DNA of 64,000 nucleotides from Thermoanaerobaculia bacterium (GCA_036397835.1 DASWIG010000100.1:67-64066), one strand, 5' to 3'. Counted from the first letter of the stretch, positions 36,282 through 46,998 are shown. Notes: a model not told the origin generated them from the sequence alone. A program made the numbers and translations.

Positions 36282-39239
36282 TCATCGGCCGAACCTCTCC
36301 AGCAGCGCCTGCCGCGCCGGCTCGGCGAGCACGCGGGCGCGGTCCGCGGCGGCGAGGCCGAGGTGCGCCGCGGCAGCGTCGAGGAGGCGGAAAACGTCCT
36401 CCGCGGAGGGCTGCTCGAGCGCCGCGCCGGCGAGGCCGGCGCGGCGCGGATCGAGCAGGACCTGGCGGTGGCCGAGCCCCAGGCGGGCGAGGTCGACCAC
36501 CGCGGCCGGCGCGTCGAGCGGCGCCAGCGCCACGCGCCAGCTCTCTCCCGCGGCTTCCAGGCAGCGGTTGACCCGGCCGGCGAGGGGCGGCCGCGTGCTG
36601 CTCTCGAGCAATCTCTCCCAGGCGTCGAGGTCGGTGGCGGCGAGCCCCAGGCTCGTGACCCTCCCCTCGGGCGTGGAGGCGTCGATCACGCAGCGGCCGC
36701 GGGCCGCGGCCTCCCGCGCCACACGCCCGCCGCCGGCCGACGCGAAGAGCCGGCTCGCCGCCGCCCGCCGCTTCGCCTGGTGGAGCGAGACGGCGCCGCC
36801 GGGACGGACCAGGGGCACGAAGCGTCCATGGAGGAGCGCCGGCAAGCGTGCCAGGCCCGGATGGCGCAGTGCCCCGCCCAGCAGCGCGGCGAGGTCGGTC
36901 TCGGCGTGCGGAGGCGTTGCCGGGACGTTCCTCTTCCAGTCCAGCCAGCCGTCCCATGGCCTCGAGTGCCGCAGCCAGACGCCGAGCACCAGGACGGCAG
37001 TCGCCAGGGCGACGAGCGCCGCCGGCGCGCCCAAAGACGGCGGGGCCGGGACTTCCACGGGAACGAACAAGCCGATGCCGCCGACCGCGGGCGCCATCTC
37101 GCCGGCGGCCGGCGGTCCGGCGGCCACGGCCGGTGGTGGCATCGGGGCGGGCGGCGACCGGGTGCTGGCGTCGGCGATCCGCCACCTCCGGTCGTCGTCC
37201 AGGTACTCCACCCACGCGTGCAAGCCAGGGACGACCGTGCCGTTGCGGCCCACGTAGCCGACCGCGAGGCGGGCTACGACGCCTGTTGTTCGAAGCAGGG
37301 CAACGACGAGGCCGTTCTGCACGTCGCAGTCCCCTTTCCCGATCTCGAGGGCGGCCACCAGGGGATCGAGGCCCCTGGCGCGCGCGGCCTCGTAGTCCGC
37401 CTGCGCGGCTTCGGTTCGCGAATAGCGCACCCTGTCGGCCACCGCGGCGACCGCCTCCTTCACTCGGGCGTCGAGCGGCAATTCCCGAAGACGGTCCGCG
37501 ACCTCCTCCAACCCCAACGGAACGTCGCGTCGCAGGCCGCCTCCGTGTGTCGGGCTTGGCTCCGGAGCAGGACCCGTCTGGTACTCGACGGTATCCCCTT
37601 GGTGGGCGTCGAGCAGCAGCGGCTCGCCCTGGAGGGAGCGCACGACAGGATGGTGATTGCCGTTGAGCCGCAGCGATTCGGGATCGAGCCGATGGCCGGT
37701 GGGCACCGGCAACCGCAGCGGCCCCGACTCCGTCATCAGGCGCACGGTGACGCATGCCTGCGGATCGCGGCATCGCGTGCCGGCGTAGTCTCCCCAAGGG
37801 GAGAGTTGGGGGGCGCTGCCTTCCGGCCAGTTCGCGGGATCGTCGATCGTCAAGGCCTTCAGGAAGAGAACCCGGTCCCTCGGTTCGTAGATCAGGGCCA
37901 GCCGCGGTGCCTGCCCCACCATCGAGTCGAGTCGCGGTCCCCGATAACGCGCGCCGAGGTCGGCGTAACGCTCGAGCGCCACCTCGCCCTGCACGGACGC
38001 TACGGGCGCCATCGCCCCGGATCCGCCGAGGGCGGCCCAGCCCACCACCGTGCCCGCCACCACTCCGCCCGCCAGCGCCGCGAGCAGGACCCGTGCCGGC
38101 AGCGCCGGCCGGAAAGCCGCGCGCCACCGCTGAGCCAGCTCGGCGAGTCGGGTGCGCACCGCCGCGAAGGCGGACGGCGGGCGCAGGGCGCGGAGCTGGC
38201 GCTCGATCAGCCGCGCCAGCTCGCGCTCGGCGGTCAGGACCAGGCGCCGCAGGTGGCGCGTCTGGCGCACGTCGCTACGCGCCAGCAGCACCTCGAGCTC
38301 GCGCGAGTCGAGTACGATCCGGGGCGCCACGCTGGCCGGCAGGTCGAGCCCCTCGTCGCCGTCGCCGGAGCCCTGCTCCCCGCGGAGGGGATCGGCGTCG
38401 ACCAGCTCGTCGAGCGACGTGGCCCGGCGCACGAACAGGCCGTTGGCGAAGAGCTCGACCTGCGGCTCGGTGCCGAGCCCCACCACGCCGCGCAGCCCCC
38501 GCCGCCGAAAGACCGACGCCGGCGCCGGCAACGTCATCTCGGTATGGACGGGACGGCCGTCGACGGTGATCGCCAGCGGCCGCTCCCGGCGGCGTTTCAG
38601 GGAGGGCCAGTCGGGCTTCTCGTAGCGGGTGGCGAAACGCCCGTAGCGGTAGACGGCCGCGTACACCTCGCGCGCCAGGTCTTCGCGGGAAGCCTCGCCG
38701 TCGGTCGAGAGACGCTCCAGCACGATCTCGGTACCGGGCTCCATCGCGCAAGGCGCGAAGGCGGCGCTCTCGAGGCGCCGCTCGAGCTCCACCTGCCAGC
38801 CGCCCCCGTGCCGCGGGCGCGAGCGGATCACGATGCGCCGCGGCCGGAAGCGCAGCACCGACCAGAAGCCGACGCCGAACTGGCCCACCTGGCGCTCGTC
38901 GTCCTCCTTGCTGGAGGCGTAGAGGGAGAAGAGGTAGCGCTCGGCGTGGCCCGCGCTCATCCCGCAGCCGTCGTCGCGGCAGGTGATCGACTCGCCGTCG
39001 GCGCCGGCGGCAACCGTGATCTCGACCCGGCCGGCGCCGGCGTCGCGGGCGTTCTGCAGCAGCTCGCGCAGGAAGACCCACGGATCCGAGCCGTAGCGCG
39101 TCGCCTCGGCCAGGGCGCAGTCGCGGAATGAGAGGTCGCTGGATCGGCGGTCGGTCATCACTCGCTCATCGGCGTCGCCGGCGCGGGCGGGGGTTTGAGC
39201 TCCACCGTAGATGTTGCCACGTTCACGCGCCCGTGCCAA
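36282..39239 (-). CDS. GHKL (Hsp90/MutL-like, HATPase_c) ATPase fused to a transglutaminase-like cysteine-protease domain, with predicted TM segments
   Basis: FLRELLQNARDAGAGRVEI (N-box), DDGCGMS (G1), GQFGVGFWSV (G2); later GKGDCDVQNGLVVALLR...GLHAWVEY...WRIADAS (TGase Cys-His-Asp core); hydrophobic LLAALAGGVVAGTVVGWAALG and LVALATAVLVLGVWL. Confidence 0.7.
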   Translation of the reverse strand: MARARERGNIYGGAQTPARAGDADERVMTDRRSSDLSFRDCALAEATRYGSDPWVFLRELLQNARDAGAGRVEITVAAGADGESITCRDDGCGMSAGHAERYLFSLYASSKEDDERQVGQFGVGFWSVLRFRPRRIVIRSRPRHGGGWQVELERRLESAAFAPCAMEPGTEIVLERLSTDGEASREDLAREVYAAVYRYGRFATRYEKPDWPSLKRRRERPLAITVDGRPVHTEMTLPAPASVFRRRGLRGVVGLGTEPQVELFANGLFVRRATSLDELVDADPLRGEQGSGDGDEGLDLPASVAPRIVLDSRELEVLLARSDVRQTRHLRRLVLTAERELARLIERQLRALRPPSAFAAVRTRLAELAQRWRAAFRPALPARVLLAALAGGVVAGTVVGWAALGGSGAMAPVASVQGEVALERYADLGARYRGPRLDSMVGQAPRLALIYEPRDRVLFLKALTIDDPANWPEGSAPQLSPWGDYAGTRCRDPQACVTVRLMTESGPLRLPVPTGHRLDPESLRLNGNHHPVVRSLQGEPLLLDAHQGDTVEYQTGPAPEPSPTHGGGLRRDVPLGLEEVADRLRELPLDARVKEAVAAVADRVRYSRTEAAQADYEAARARGLDPLVAALEIGKGDCDVQNGLVVALLRTTGVVARLAVGYVGRNGTVVPGLHAWVEYLDDDRRWRIADASTRSPPAPMPPPAVAAGPPAAGEMAPAVGGIGLFVPVEVPAPPSLGAPAALVALATAVLVLGVWLRHSRPWDGWLDWKRNVPATPPHAETDLAALLGGALRHPGLARLPALLHGRFVPLVRPGGAVSLHQAKRRAAASRLFASAGGGRVAREAAARGRCVIDASTPEGRVTSLGLAATDLDAWERLLESSTRPPLAGRVNRCLEAAGESWRVALAPLDAPAAVVDLARLGLGHRQVLLDPRRAGLAGAALEQPSAEDVFRLLDAAAAHLGLAAADRARVLAEPARQALLERFGR

Positions 39240-39661
39240 GCTAGGCCAAGCCAGTAGCGTAAACCACGGGAAATTCCTCGGCCCTCACGACTCCAGGCAG
39301 CATCAGGGCTCCGGCGGCCGTGGGGCCGATGCCGCGGCGCGAGCTGCTCGAGCGCTCGTGCCGGTGGCTTTGGTTTCCGCTTGCTCCACGAGTTGCCGGA
39401 TACCGACTGGCAACTCGCCAAGAGCTTCCGCGACACCGAGGCCTCCGGCGGCGATGGCGCGGCGGCGCTCTTCGGCCGCGAGACGCTCCAACTTACGAGG
39501 AAAACCAGGAACCTCTCGATCGGGCAGGGCGTGTATCAGCCTCTTCCTTTCAGTGGTGCTACCATCCGGGCGGATAACCTACGACTTGAGGCGATTGCGG
39601 CTGCATGTGATCATCGAGCGACTTCCGCGAAGGAGCAGCTCGACACCCTCCACGAATTCTC

Positions 39662-39970
39662 TCATGTGGTGATTAGGATCCGCAACAGGTGCCAGAGCAC
39701 TAGACCGCAAATCGCCAGTGAACCAGCCCAAATCAGAGCGAGGAAGATCACTTTCACCCACCTGCGGCTACGAGAGGCCACGGCGATCCTCCTTCGCGCC
39801 TCAAGCATTCCTCCGCCACCGAGAACCACCATCACTACTACCCAATAGCAGAGGAACAATCTCTCGCTGCGTATTGTGATCGAGCCGATCTCGATCTCCG
39901 AGGTAAAGAAACTTGGCAGCAGGGCCACCAACATACCCACAACGAGTATCAACGTGAGGCGCTTGCTCAT
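39662..39970 (-). CDS. Small 3-TM membrane protein (hypothetical), in a lower-GC islet
   Basis: ATG start; three hydrophobic helices; local GC about 50%. Confidence 0.4.
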   Translation of the reverse strand: MSKRLTLILVVGMLVALLPSFFTSEIEIGSITIRSERLFLCYWVVVMVVLGGGGMLEARRRIAVASRSRRWVKVIFLALIWAGSLAICGLVLWHLLRILITT

Positions 39971-39973
39971 CGC

Positions 39974-40171
39974 TTAACCACAGCCATCGCAGATACGCGG
40001 GTAGCCCCGTGAAAGCGCCTCGAACCACTCCGGCGCCTGATTGATTATCTTGGTCATCTCGGGTCCGATGTATTGCAGGCTTCTGGCCACCTCTGCCAGC
40101 CCTTCGAACACTCCGCGCGCCACCCCGTCGAGCTCGTCGTACGGCACGAACTCGCCGGAGAAGGTCGCCAT
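39974..40171 (-). CDS. Small hypothetical protein (65 aa), 4 bp upstream of the 3-TM ORF
   Basis: ATG start, tight tandem spacing, C-terminal CDGCG. Confidence 0.3.
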   Translation of the reverse strand: MATFSGEFVPYDELDGVARGVFEGLAEVARSLQYIGPEMTKIINQAPEWFEALSRGYPRICDGCG

Positions 40172-40740
40172 GGGTCAGCCCGACCCAGAGCTTGCTACAG
40201 CCTGAAGGACGCCGGGAGCGTCGTCTTCGCTCCATTAAGCTAGCCTTACTGTTGCGATGTGGGCCCTGCAAGGTGTCCCTCCACTCTCCGAACAGCTTCC
40301 TCCTTCAGTACCTGAGCGTGTCGAATAAAGTTTGCCACCTCCAACCCCCCGCTCTCTTGCCGGCCTCCGCAAGATACCCGGCAATGTCACGCAAAATCTT
40401 GCTGCAGTCTGGATCCACATCCTCTCGCGCTCGAGCAATCTGTACTGCTTCCTCCCAAGTCTCGAGAGCCAGTTGTACCCCGTGTTTTAGGCGGAGTGTA
40501 CTCTACCTGGAAAGGAAAGTAAAACTTCGCGCCAGGCGGAAAGGGCAGCTCATTGACGGACAATCCAGGATTGAATCGGAACTGACCGGGGTTCGTACCA
40601 TTCATCGCACGGAAGAGCGTTACCTGCTCCCGAGGGGTACACGGGTCGAGCAATACAGGGCTCGCCAGCGGTGAGGCAGCCGGGCACTCTTCCGGGGGCC
40701 ACGGCGCAGTGGACCCTTTACACGGATGGACCTCGACATC

Positions 40741-41016
40741 TCAATGGCCTCCCTCAGCCGATTTAGTCTTTTCAGTGAGCCCTTCAACCCCACCTTCACG
40801 CTGTTGAGCTGGACTTCTTATCCGAATCGTGTTCACGGCTCCACAACTCTGGCATTGGAGATAACGCTCTATATACGCTCCGCTCTCCCCTTCCCAGGGA
40901 ACGTCCAAGACTTCTAAGAACTCGTTCTGGCAGTTGGGACAAGGGACTTCTCGGTCGGGATGCTCGGCTAGAATCCGTGCTGCCTCCACCCACCTCCTTG
41001 TTACGTCAGTCGACAT
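40741..41016 (-). CDS. Small Zn-ribbon protein (hypothetical)
   Basis: MSTDV...CPNCQN...CQSCGA four-Cys ribbon; overlaps the end of the upstream 589-aa gene by 10 bp (coupled). Confidence 0.45.
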   Translation of the reverse strand: MSTDVTRRWVEAARILAEHPDREVPCPNCQNEFLEVLDVPWEGESGAYIERYLQCQSCGAVNTIRIRSPAQQREGGVEGLTEKTKSAEGGH

Positions 41017-42775
41017 TTTGGAGTACCTCCTTGAATGCCCGCTCTGCGAACTCAAATGCCGCTTCGGTCTCAGCCGAAGCCGCCGCTTGCCCGACTGGAG
41101 CGCCGTGCTGCGTCGGATCAAACTGACCAAGCGTCGCGTTCGTAAACGTCCCGGTTCCGCTCGCCAGCTCGATTGCCGGTCCACCGTCCAGAGACCGATA
41201 GGCGAGCGTCCAGCTCTCGATCTCCTCACCTTCGAGCGTCGCCACGACGTCGACCGGCGCCGTGATCACGTCGAGGTCTTGTGGTGCGTGGAACACGATG
41301 TTCGCCTCGAGTCCCTGGACCAGCCGCTCGAAGGTCACGAAGTAGCCCCCCGCTCCGGTCGTCGGATCCTCCAGGCCATAGCCCGTCGTGTCCCAGGTGT
41401 CGAACGGGAGCTGGGTCTGCGAGAACCAGGCGATCAGGCCCCGGCCGACGCCGGCGCGCACGCTCGCCTCGGCGTCCGAGCTCAGCTCGGCCGCCGCCAG
41501 CGCCGGCTCGACGTTGGTGGCGTCGATCCTGGTCAGCGTCTGCCCCTCGCGCGCCGCGCGGGTCAGGAAGCCCACCGCCGTCAGGTGCTCGCCGCCGAGG
41601 GCCTGCGCCAACGACTCGCCTTCGCGCGCCGAGCCCTGAGAGCCCAGCAGCTCGAGGGTCGACACCGAGGTCGACGCCGGCCCGGCGACGCCGTCTGCCG
41701 GGAACAGCCCCAGCACCATCGCTCCCAGGTCGAGGCTCGGCGGCGCCGCGCTGAAGGTCAGCGGCGTTCCGTCCGGCGAGCGGGACACAGCCCCCCGCTG
41801 CACCGCCAAAACGACGTTGCCGAGTTGCACGGCTCGCCGATACCGGAGGGCTGACAGGTGCTCGAGATCACGGCTCAGAGAGCGCAGGTAGACCGTGCCG
41901 GCGAGCGCGAGGCCCCACGCCTCCGCTTCGTCCGGCTCGGTGGCTGCGTCGCGCCCTGCGGTGTATCGGTCGATCGTCTCCTGCGGGATCTGTCCGAAGT
42001 CGGCAGTGAAGGCCGCGTGCTCGCCCGCGAACATCTCGAAGCGCGCCACCGTGGGCGAGCCCTGCGGCGGCGTCAGCGTCGCCAGAAGCTCGATGTCCTC
42101 GGCGCTGCCGATCTCCTCGCCCGAGGCCACCTCCGCTCCGTCGACGCGGAGCACCGGCCGCAGGTCGACCTCGTAGGGGGGCGTCGCGAAGACGCCGCCA
42201 TTGAGGTCCAGTGCCGCCTGGTCCGCCGAGGTCGCGCCCGGCCAGGCCAGCTCGACGCGCTTTCCGTAGACCGCCGGCCACGGCGTCGACCAGGTGAGCA
42301 GCACCGCTCCCCCAGTCTCGCGGACCTGGAGCTCGAGCTGCTGCTGGTACCCCGCGGGCACCTCCGTGGCCTCGCCAGAGACGGTCAGGATCTTGGCGCG
42401 CGTGCTCGCCGGCACAAACGGAAACGCCTCCTGGATTAGGCTCTTGGCCGGTTTCACCTCTTCGCTGCCGGCGACGCCGAGGTTATGGGCGTCGGCGTAG
42501 GCGGCCAGCGCGTCCTCGTAGTAGGCTTGCGGCGAGAGCAGCGTGCCGCTTTGCAGGTACTCGCCCAGGTCGAAGGGCACCTCCTCGTCGAGGCGCACGC
42601 CCGCGCCGACGTCGAAGCGCTTGAGCGACGGGTCCATGCGGATCCAGTGGTCCCCCGGTCCCGGCGTCGCCTGCTGGCGGACCTCATAGGCATACACGTA
42701 GTTGTGGCCATCGATCATCGTGTACAGGTTGAGGGCCACCAGCGTCAGGACGAGGATCCGATGCTTGCGTAGCAC
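41006..42775 (-). CDS. Secreted 589-aa protein of unknown function
   Basis: Signal peptide MLRKHRILVLTLVALNLYTMIDG; Ala/Gly/Thr-rich, no TM, no recognisable catalytic motif. Confidence 0.55.
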   Translation of the reverse strand: MLRKHRILVLTLVALNLYTMIDGHNYVYAYEVRQQATPGPGDHWIRMDPSLKRFDVGAGVRLDEEVPFDLGEYLQSGTLLSPQAYYEDALAAYADAHNLGVAGSEEVKPAKSLIQEAFPFVPASTRAKILTVSGEATEVPAGYQQQLELQVRETGGAVLLTWSTPWPAVYGKRVELAWPGATSADQAALDLNGGVFATPPYEVDLRPVLRVDGAEVASGEEIGSAEDIELLATLTPPQGSPTVARFEMFAGEHAAFTADFGQIPQETIDRYTAGRDAATEPDEAEAWGLALAGTVYLRSLSRDLEHLSALRYRRAVQLGNVVLAVQRGAVSRSPDGTPLTFSAAPPSLDLGAMVLGLFPADGVAGPASTSVSTLELLGSQGSAREGESLAQALGGEHLTAVGFLTRAAREGQTLTRIDATNVEPALAAAELSSDAEASVRAGVGRGLIAWFSQTQLPFDTWDTTGYGLEDPTTGAGGYFVTFERLVQGLEANIVFHAPQDLDVITAPVDVVATLEGEEIESWTLAYRSLDGGPAIELASGTGTFTNATLGQFDPTQHGAPVGQAAASAETEAAFEFAERAFKEVLQNVD

Positions 42776-43258
42776 GTGGCGAAGCCGATTCAGGGCGTTC
42801 TCTCCAGACGAGCCACCAGGAGCTTAGCACCAAGCGTCCGAGGGTCCGGCGCGCCGGCGCCGAGACGCCGTTCGTGCCGCTTTTTCCTAACGCCCGGTCG
42901 AATCCGCCCGCGCGGTGCTATCTTCCAAGCAGCTTGAACGGGAACGAAGAAGTCCCGGCTCCTGTGCTCTCGTCTCTTCCCATCCTTGGCGCAGTGCCCG
43001 GGTAGACCGGGCGAACGGACCTTGAGCCAGCGGCCTTCGCGTTCCATCCAGAGAAGGGGAATCTGGTGAGTGGTATTCCGAGCCTTCTGGGACACAGGAG
43101 ATACCTGCGAGGGCTCTGGCTGCTGACGAAGGTGCTCCGCAACCGCAAGGGTCTGCGCGCCTGGCTCGGCGAACGGCTGCCGGAGCGGTTCGGCGCCGAC
43201 CTCGACGCGCCGGGCTCCGGCAGCGGCGACGACGCCCCCGCCCAGGGCTAGTGAGCCC

Positions 43259-45022
43259 TCACTCCGAGGCCACGACTCTCCCCGCCGGATCGCCCAGCCA
43301 GCGGTCGAGCACCGCCACCAGCTCCTCCTTGCGGAACGGCTTCGAGATGTAGTCGTTCATCCCCACCGCCAGGCACCGTTCGCGGTCGCCCTTCATGGCG
43401 TGGGCGGTCACCGCGATCACCGGGATCTGCTCGCCCACGCTCTCCCGCTGGCGGATGCGGCGGGTGGTCTCGTAGCCGTCGAGCTCCGGCATCTGGCAGT
43501 CCATCAGCACCAGGTCGTAGCGCTCCCGGTCGAGCGCCGCCAGCACCTCGACGCCGTTTTCCACCGCGTCGACCCGGTAGCCCAGGGCCTCGAGCTGGCG
43601 GCAGGCCACCAGACGGTTGACGGGGTTGTCTTCCGCCAGCAGGAAGCGGCAGCTCGCGGGGTCGTGGTGGAGCGGCAGCGGCGTCTCGACCACCGGGCGG
43701 CGGTCCTGCCGCCGCGCCGGCAGGAACGGGACGACGAAGTAGAACGTCGAGCCCGGCGGCGGCGACCGCTCGAGCCCGATCTGGCCCCCCAGGAGCTCGA
43801 CCAGGCGCTGGCTGATGGCCAGGCCGAGCCCGGTGCCCCCGAAACGCCGGGTGGTCGAGCTGTCGGCCTGGGTGAAGGCGGTGAAGAGACGCTCCTGAGC
43901 GTCCGACGGCACCCCGATCCCGGTGTCGTGGACGGTGAAGCGGACGTCGACGCCGTGCTCGTCGAAACGTTCCTGCTCGACGCGGACCTCCACGAAGCCG
44001 TCTTGGGTGAACTTGATGGCGTTGCCCACCAGGTTCACCAGCACCTGGCGGATGCGCGTGGGGTCGCCCTCGAGCTGCTGCGGGTAGGCGTCGGTGATCT
44101 CCACGCGCAGGTCGAGCCCCTTGGCGTGGGCGCGGATCGCCAGCGGCTCGACGGCGCGCTCCACGACCTCCCGCAGGTTGAACTCGACGACCTCGACCTC
44201 GAGCTTGCCGGCCTCGATCTTCGAGAAGTCGAGGATGTCGTCGATCAACTGCAGCAGGCCCTCGGCCGACGAGTTGAGGATCTCGGCGTGCTTGCGCTCC
44301 TCCTCGCCCAGGCCGGCGTCGAGGAGCAGGCCGGTCATGCCGAGGATGGCGTTCATCGGCGTGCGGATCTCGTGGCTCATGTTGGCGAGGAAGAGGCTCT
44401 TGGCCTGGCTGGCCAGCTCGGCCGCCTCCTTGGCCTTCTCGAGCTCCTCGCGCCGGCGGCGCTCGAAGGCCCCCAGCATGAGCTCGCCGACGATCTTCAT
44501 CAGCGCCACCACGTCGTCGGACCAGTCGCGGCGGCGCCGCACCGACGAGAACGAGAGATAGCCGACGACCACCTCGCTGGCGACGATCGGCACCGCGACC
44601 AGCGAGCGCAGCCCTTCGCGGTCGTAGACCGCCTTCTCCGCCGCCGCCGCCGCGGGCAGCTCGTCGACCGCCGGCACGATCACCACCTCGGGGGTGCGGA
44701 TGCGCCTGGCGAACCAGGGATAGACCGCGGAAGCCAGTTCCTGGAGGGCGTCGTGGTGGGGCTCGAGGCCGTTGCGGCACCACTCGTGGGTGCTCGACTG
44801 CACGGCGCCGTCGGCCGAGAAGCGGAAGAGGTGGCCGCGGTCGGCGTCCACGAACTCGCCGACCTCGCTCAAGGCGCCCACGATCTCCTGGTCGGTGCGC
44901 TCCGAGGCGAGGTTGATCAGCCGCGAAGAGATCGACGTGACGAGCCTCTCGAAGGCATATCGGTAGTCGAGCTCTTCTTCGAGAGCCCGGATCCGGGCCC
45001 GGTTGTTCTCGGAGTCGCTCAT
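43259..45022 (-). CDS. Hybrid sensor histidine kinase/response regulator (GAF-HisKA-HATPase_c-REC)
   Basis: [22 protein letters not shown]-box; [10 protein letters not shown]2; C-terminal [13 protein letters not shown]...[13 protein letters not shown]. Confidence 0.85.
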   Translation of the reverse strand: MSDSENNRARIRALEEELDYRYAFERLVTSISSRLINLASERTDQEIVGALSEVGEFVDADRGHLFRFSADGAVQSSTHEWCRNGLEPHHDALQELASAVYPWFARRIRTPEVVIVPAVDELPAAAAAEKAVYDREGLRSLVAVPIVASEVVVGYLSFSSVRRRRDWSDDVVALMKIVGELMLGAFERRRREELEKAKEAAELASQAKSLFLANMSHEIRTPMNAILGMTGLLLDAGLGEEERKHAEILNSSAEGLLQLIDDILDFSKIEAGKLEVEVVEFNLREVVERAVEPLAIRAHAKGLDLRVEITDAYPQQLEGDPTRIRQVLVNLVGNAIKFTQDGFVEVRVEQERFDEHGVDVRFTVHDTGIGVPSDAQERLFTAFTQADSSTTRRFGGTGLGLAISQRLVELLGGQIGLERSPPPGSTFYFVVPFLPARRQDRRPVVETPLPLHHDPASCRFLLAEDNPVNRLVACRQLEALGYRVDAVENGVEVLAALDRERYDLVLMDCQMPELDGYETTRRIRQRESVGEQIPVIAVTAHAMKGDRERCLAVGMNDYISKPFRKEELVAVLDRWLGDPAGRVVASE

Positions 45023-45121
45023 AATCTACTGTCCACTGCCGGGCGATCATCTTATGCGCATATCGTGATCATGCCCAATCCCCCGATCCCCGGGGCAGGG
45101 CGCCTTGCCGGCGCGCCGCCC

Positions 45122-46279
45122 TCAGCCGGTGCCGGCGCCGCACACCTCGCCGCTCCCGACGAGGCAGCCCAGCACCCGCTCGTAGCGAGCGACCATCTCG
45201 TCGGCCGAGAAGGTCTCGGCGCGGCGCCGGGCGGCCTCGCGCATCGCCTGGTAGCGGGGCCGGTCGGCGAGCAGGTCCGCCGCCAGGGTGCCGAGGCAGA
45301 CGTCCTCGCCCGCCGGGCAGAGCACCCCGGTCTCGCCGTCGGCCACCACCTCCGGCAGGCCGCCGGCCTTGTAGCCGATCACCGGACAGCCGCAGGCCTG
45401 GGCCTCGAGCGCCGAGAGCCCGAAGCTCTCGGCGAGGCTGGGCAGGAAGAAGAGGTCGCTGGCCTGCAGGATGGGCTCGAGGTGGGTCAGCCGGCCGAGC
45501 ACCCGCACGTCGTCGCCCACGCCGAGCTGGCGCGCCAGGTCGACCGCCATCTTGCGCTCCGGGCCGTCGCCCACCAGGGCCAGCACCGCGTCGACGCGCC
45601 GGCGCAGGGCCGCGAAGCCGCGCACCACGTCGTCCACGCGCTTGACCGGCCGGAAGTTCGACATGTGGGTGATCACGAACCGCCCTTCGGCGCCGAGCTC
45701 GCGGCGCGTCGCCGCCGCATCGGCGGGCCGGAAGCGCTCGAGGTCGACGAAGTTGGGGATGACGACGACCTTCTGCGGCGGGATGCGGAACTCGGACTCG
45801 GTCTTCTGCGCCAGCCAGCGGCTCGGGGCCGTCAGCACGTCCTGACGCAGGATCGAGAACCGCGTGAGCTCGAAGAAGCTGCGCTCGATGCCCACCAGGG
45901 TGATGTCGGTGCCGTGCAGGGTGCAGGCCAGCGTCACGTCGAGCCCGCGTTCCTCGCGCAGCACCTCGCGCGCCTGCCACGCGGCCTGGGCGTGGGGCAC
46001 GGCGTAATGGCTGTGCACCAGCTCCACGCCGTGCTCCTCCACCAGCTCGATGATCTTGTTGGCGAGGTTCAATGAGTAGGGCTGGTAGCGGAAGAGGGGG
46101 TAGGTGCTCACCTCCACGGCGTGGAAGTGGAGGTTCCTGAGGTCCTCGTCGTAGCGGAAGGGCCGCTCGTAGGACACCATGTGGACCTCGTGGCCGCGGC
46201 TCGCCAGCTCCTTCGCGAGCTCGGTGGCCACCACGCCGCTGCCTCCGTAGGTCGGATAACACACCACGGCCATCCGCAT
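45122..46279 (-). CDS. GT4 glycosyltransferase, BshA-like (N-acetyl-alpha-D-glucosaminyl L-malate synthase family)
   Basis: MRMAVVCYPTYGGSGVVATELAKELASRGHEVH and C-terminal ...PSLAESFGLSALEAQACGCPVI; start at ATG 46279 with SD; the listed 46417 start is an extension. Confidence 0.75.
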   Translation of the reverse strand: MRMAVVCYPTYGGSGVVATELAKELASRGHEVHMVSYERPFRYDEDLRNLHFHAVEVSTYPLFRYQPYSLNLANKIIELVEEHGVELVHSHYAVPHAQAAWQAREVLREERGLDVTLACTLHGTDITLVGIERSFFELTRFSILRQDVLTAPSRWLAQKTESEFRIPPQKVVVIPNFVDLERFRPADAAATRRELGAEGRFVITHMSNFRPVKRVDDVVRGFAALRRRVDAVLALVGDGPERKMAVDLARQLGVGDDVRVLGRLTHLEPILQASDLFFLPSLAESFGLSALEAQACGCPVIGYKAGGLPEVVADGETGVLCPAGEDVCLGTLAADLLADRPRYQAMREAARRRAETFSADEMVARYERVLGCLVGSGEVCGAGTG

Positions 46280-46301
46280 CGCGCCCTCCTGGTGTCGTTC
46301 T

Positions 46302-46991
46302 TCAAGACCGGGACGTCCGGCCCTGGCGGCTCTTTCGCTCGCCGTTCTTACGGCGCTCCTCGGCCTTGAGTTTCTCGGCGGCGGCCCAGGAGCAGACCCG
46401 GCAGGCGTCGAGGTCATGATAGCGCGCCGGACAGTGCTCGCGGCCGAAGTAGATGATCTGCAGGTGGAGCTTGTTCCAGCTCGCCTGCGGGAACGCGCGC
46501 TTGAGGTCGCGCTCGGTGCGCGCGACGCTGGAGCCGTCGGAAAGGCCCCAGCGCCGGGCCAGGCGGTGGATGTGGGTGTCCACGGGGAAGGCGGGGTGGC
46601 CGAAGGCCTGGGCCATCACCACTGAAGCGGTCTTGTGGCCCACGCCGGGCAGGGCCTCCAGCTCCTCGAAGGTCCGCGGCACCGCGCCGCCGCGAGCCGC
46701 AAGCCGTTCGGCGAGGCCCTTGAGGTTCTTCGCCTTCTGCGGCGCCAGCCCGATCTCGCGGATCGTCTCGCGGATCTCCGCCTCCGGCAGCCGCGCCATC
46801 GCCGCCGGCGTCGGCGCGCGGGCGAACAGCGCGGGCGTGACCTGGTTGACCTTCTTGTCGGTCGTCTGGGCCGACAGCACCACGGCGACCAGCAGCGTGA
46901 ACGGGTCGCGGTGGGCGAGGGGGATCGCGGTCTCGGGATAGAGCTCGTCGAGGATCGCCATGATCCTGCGAGCTTTCTCTTGCCGGGTCAT
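46302..46991 (-). CDS. nth: Endonuclease III (DNA glycosylase/AP lyase)
   Basis: HhH-GPD LPGVGHKTASVV; catalytic K in AQTTDKKVN; 4Fe-4S CPARYHDLDACRVC. Confidence 0.9.
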   Translation of the reverse strand: MTRQEKARRIMAILDELYPETAIPLAHRDPFTLLVAVVLSAQTTDKKVNQVTPALFARAPTPAAMARLPEAEIRETIREIGLAPQKAKNLKGLAERLAARGGAVPRTFEELEALPGVGHKTASVVMAQAFGHPAFPVDTHIHRLARRWGLSDGSSVARTERDLKRAFPQASWNKLHLQIIYFGREHCPARYHDLDACRVCSWAAAEKLKAEERRKNGERKSRQGRTSRS

Positions 46992-46998
46992 GCGCGGA

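Noticed and set aside
39381-39848. 155-aa plus-strand ORF overlapping the 3-TM minus-strand ORF
   Set aside because: It has no motifs and an odd composition. The minus-strand ORF has three clean TM helices and tight tandem spacing with its neighbour; still, both are low confidence.
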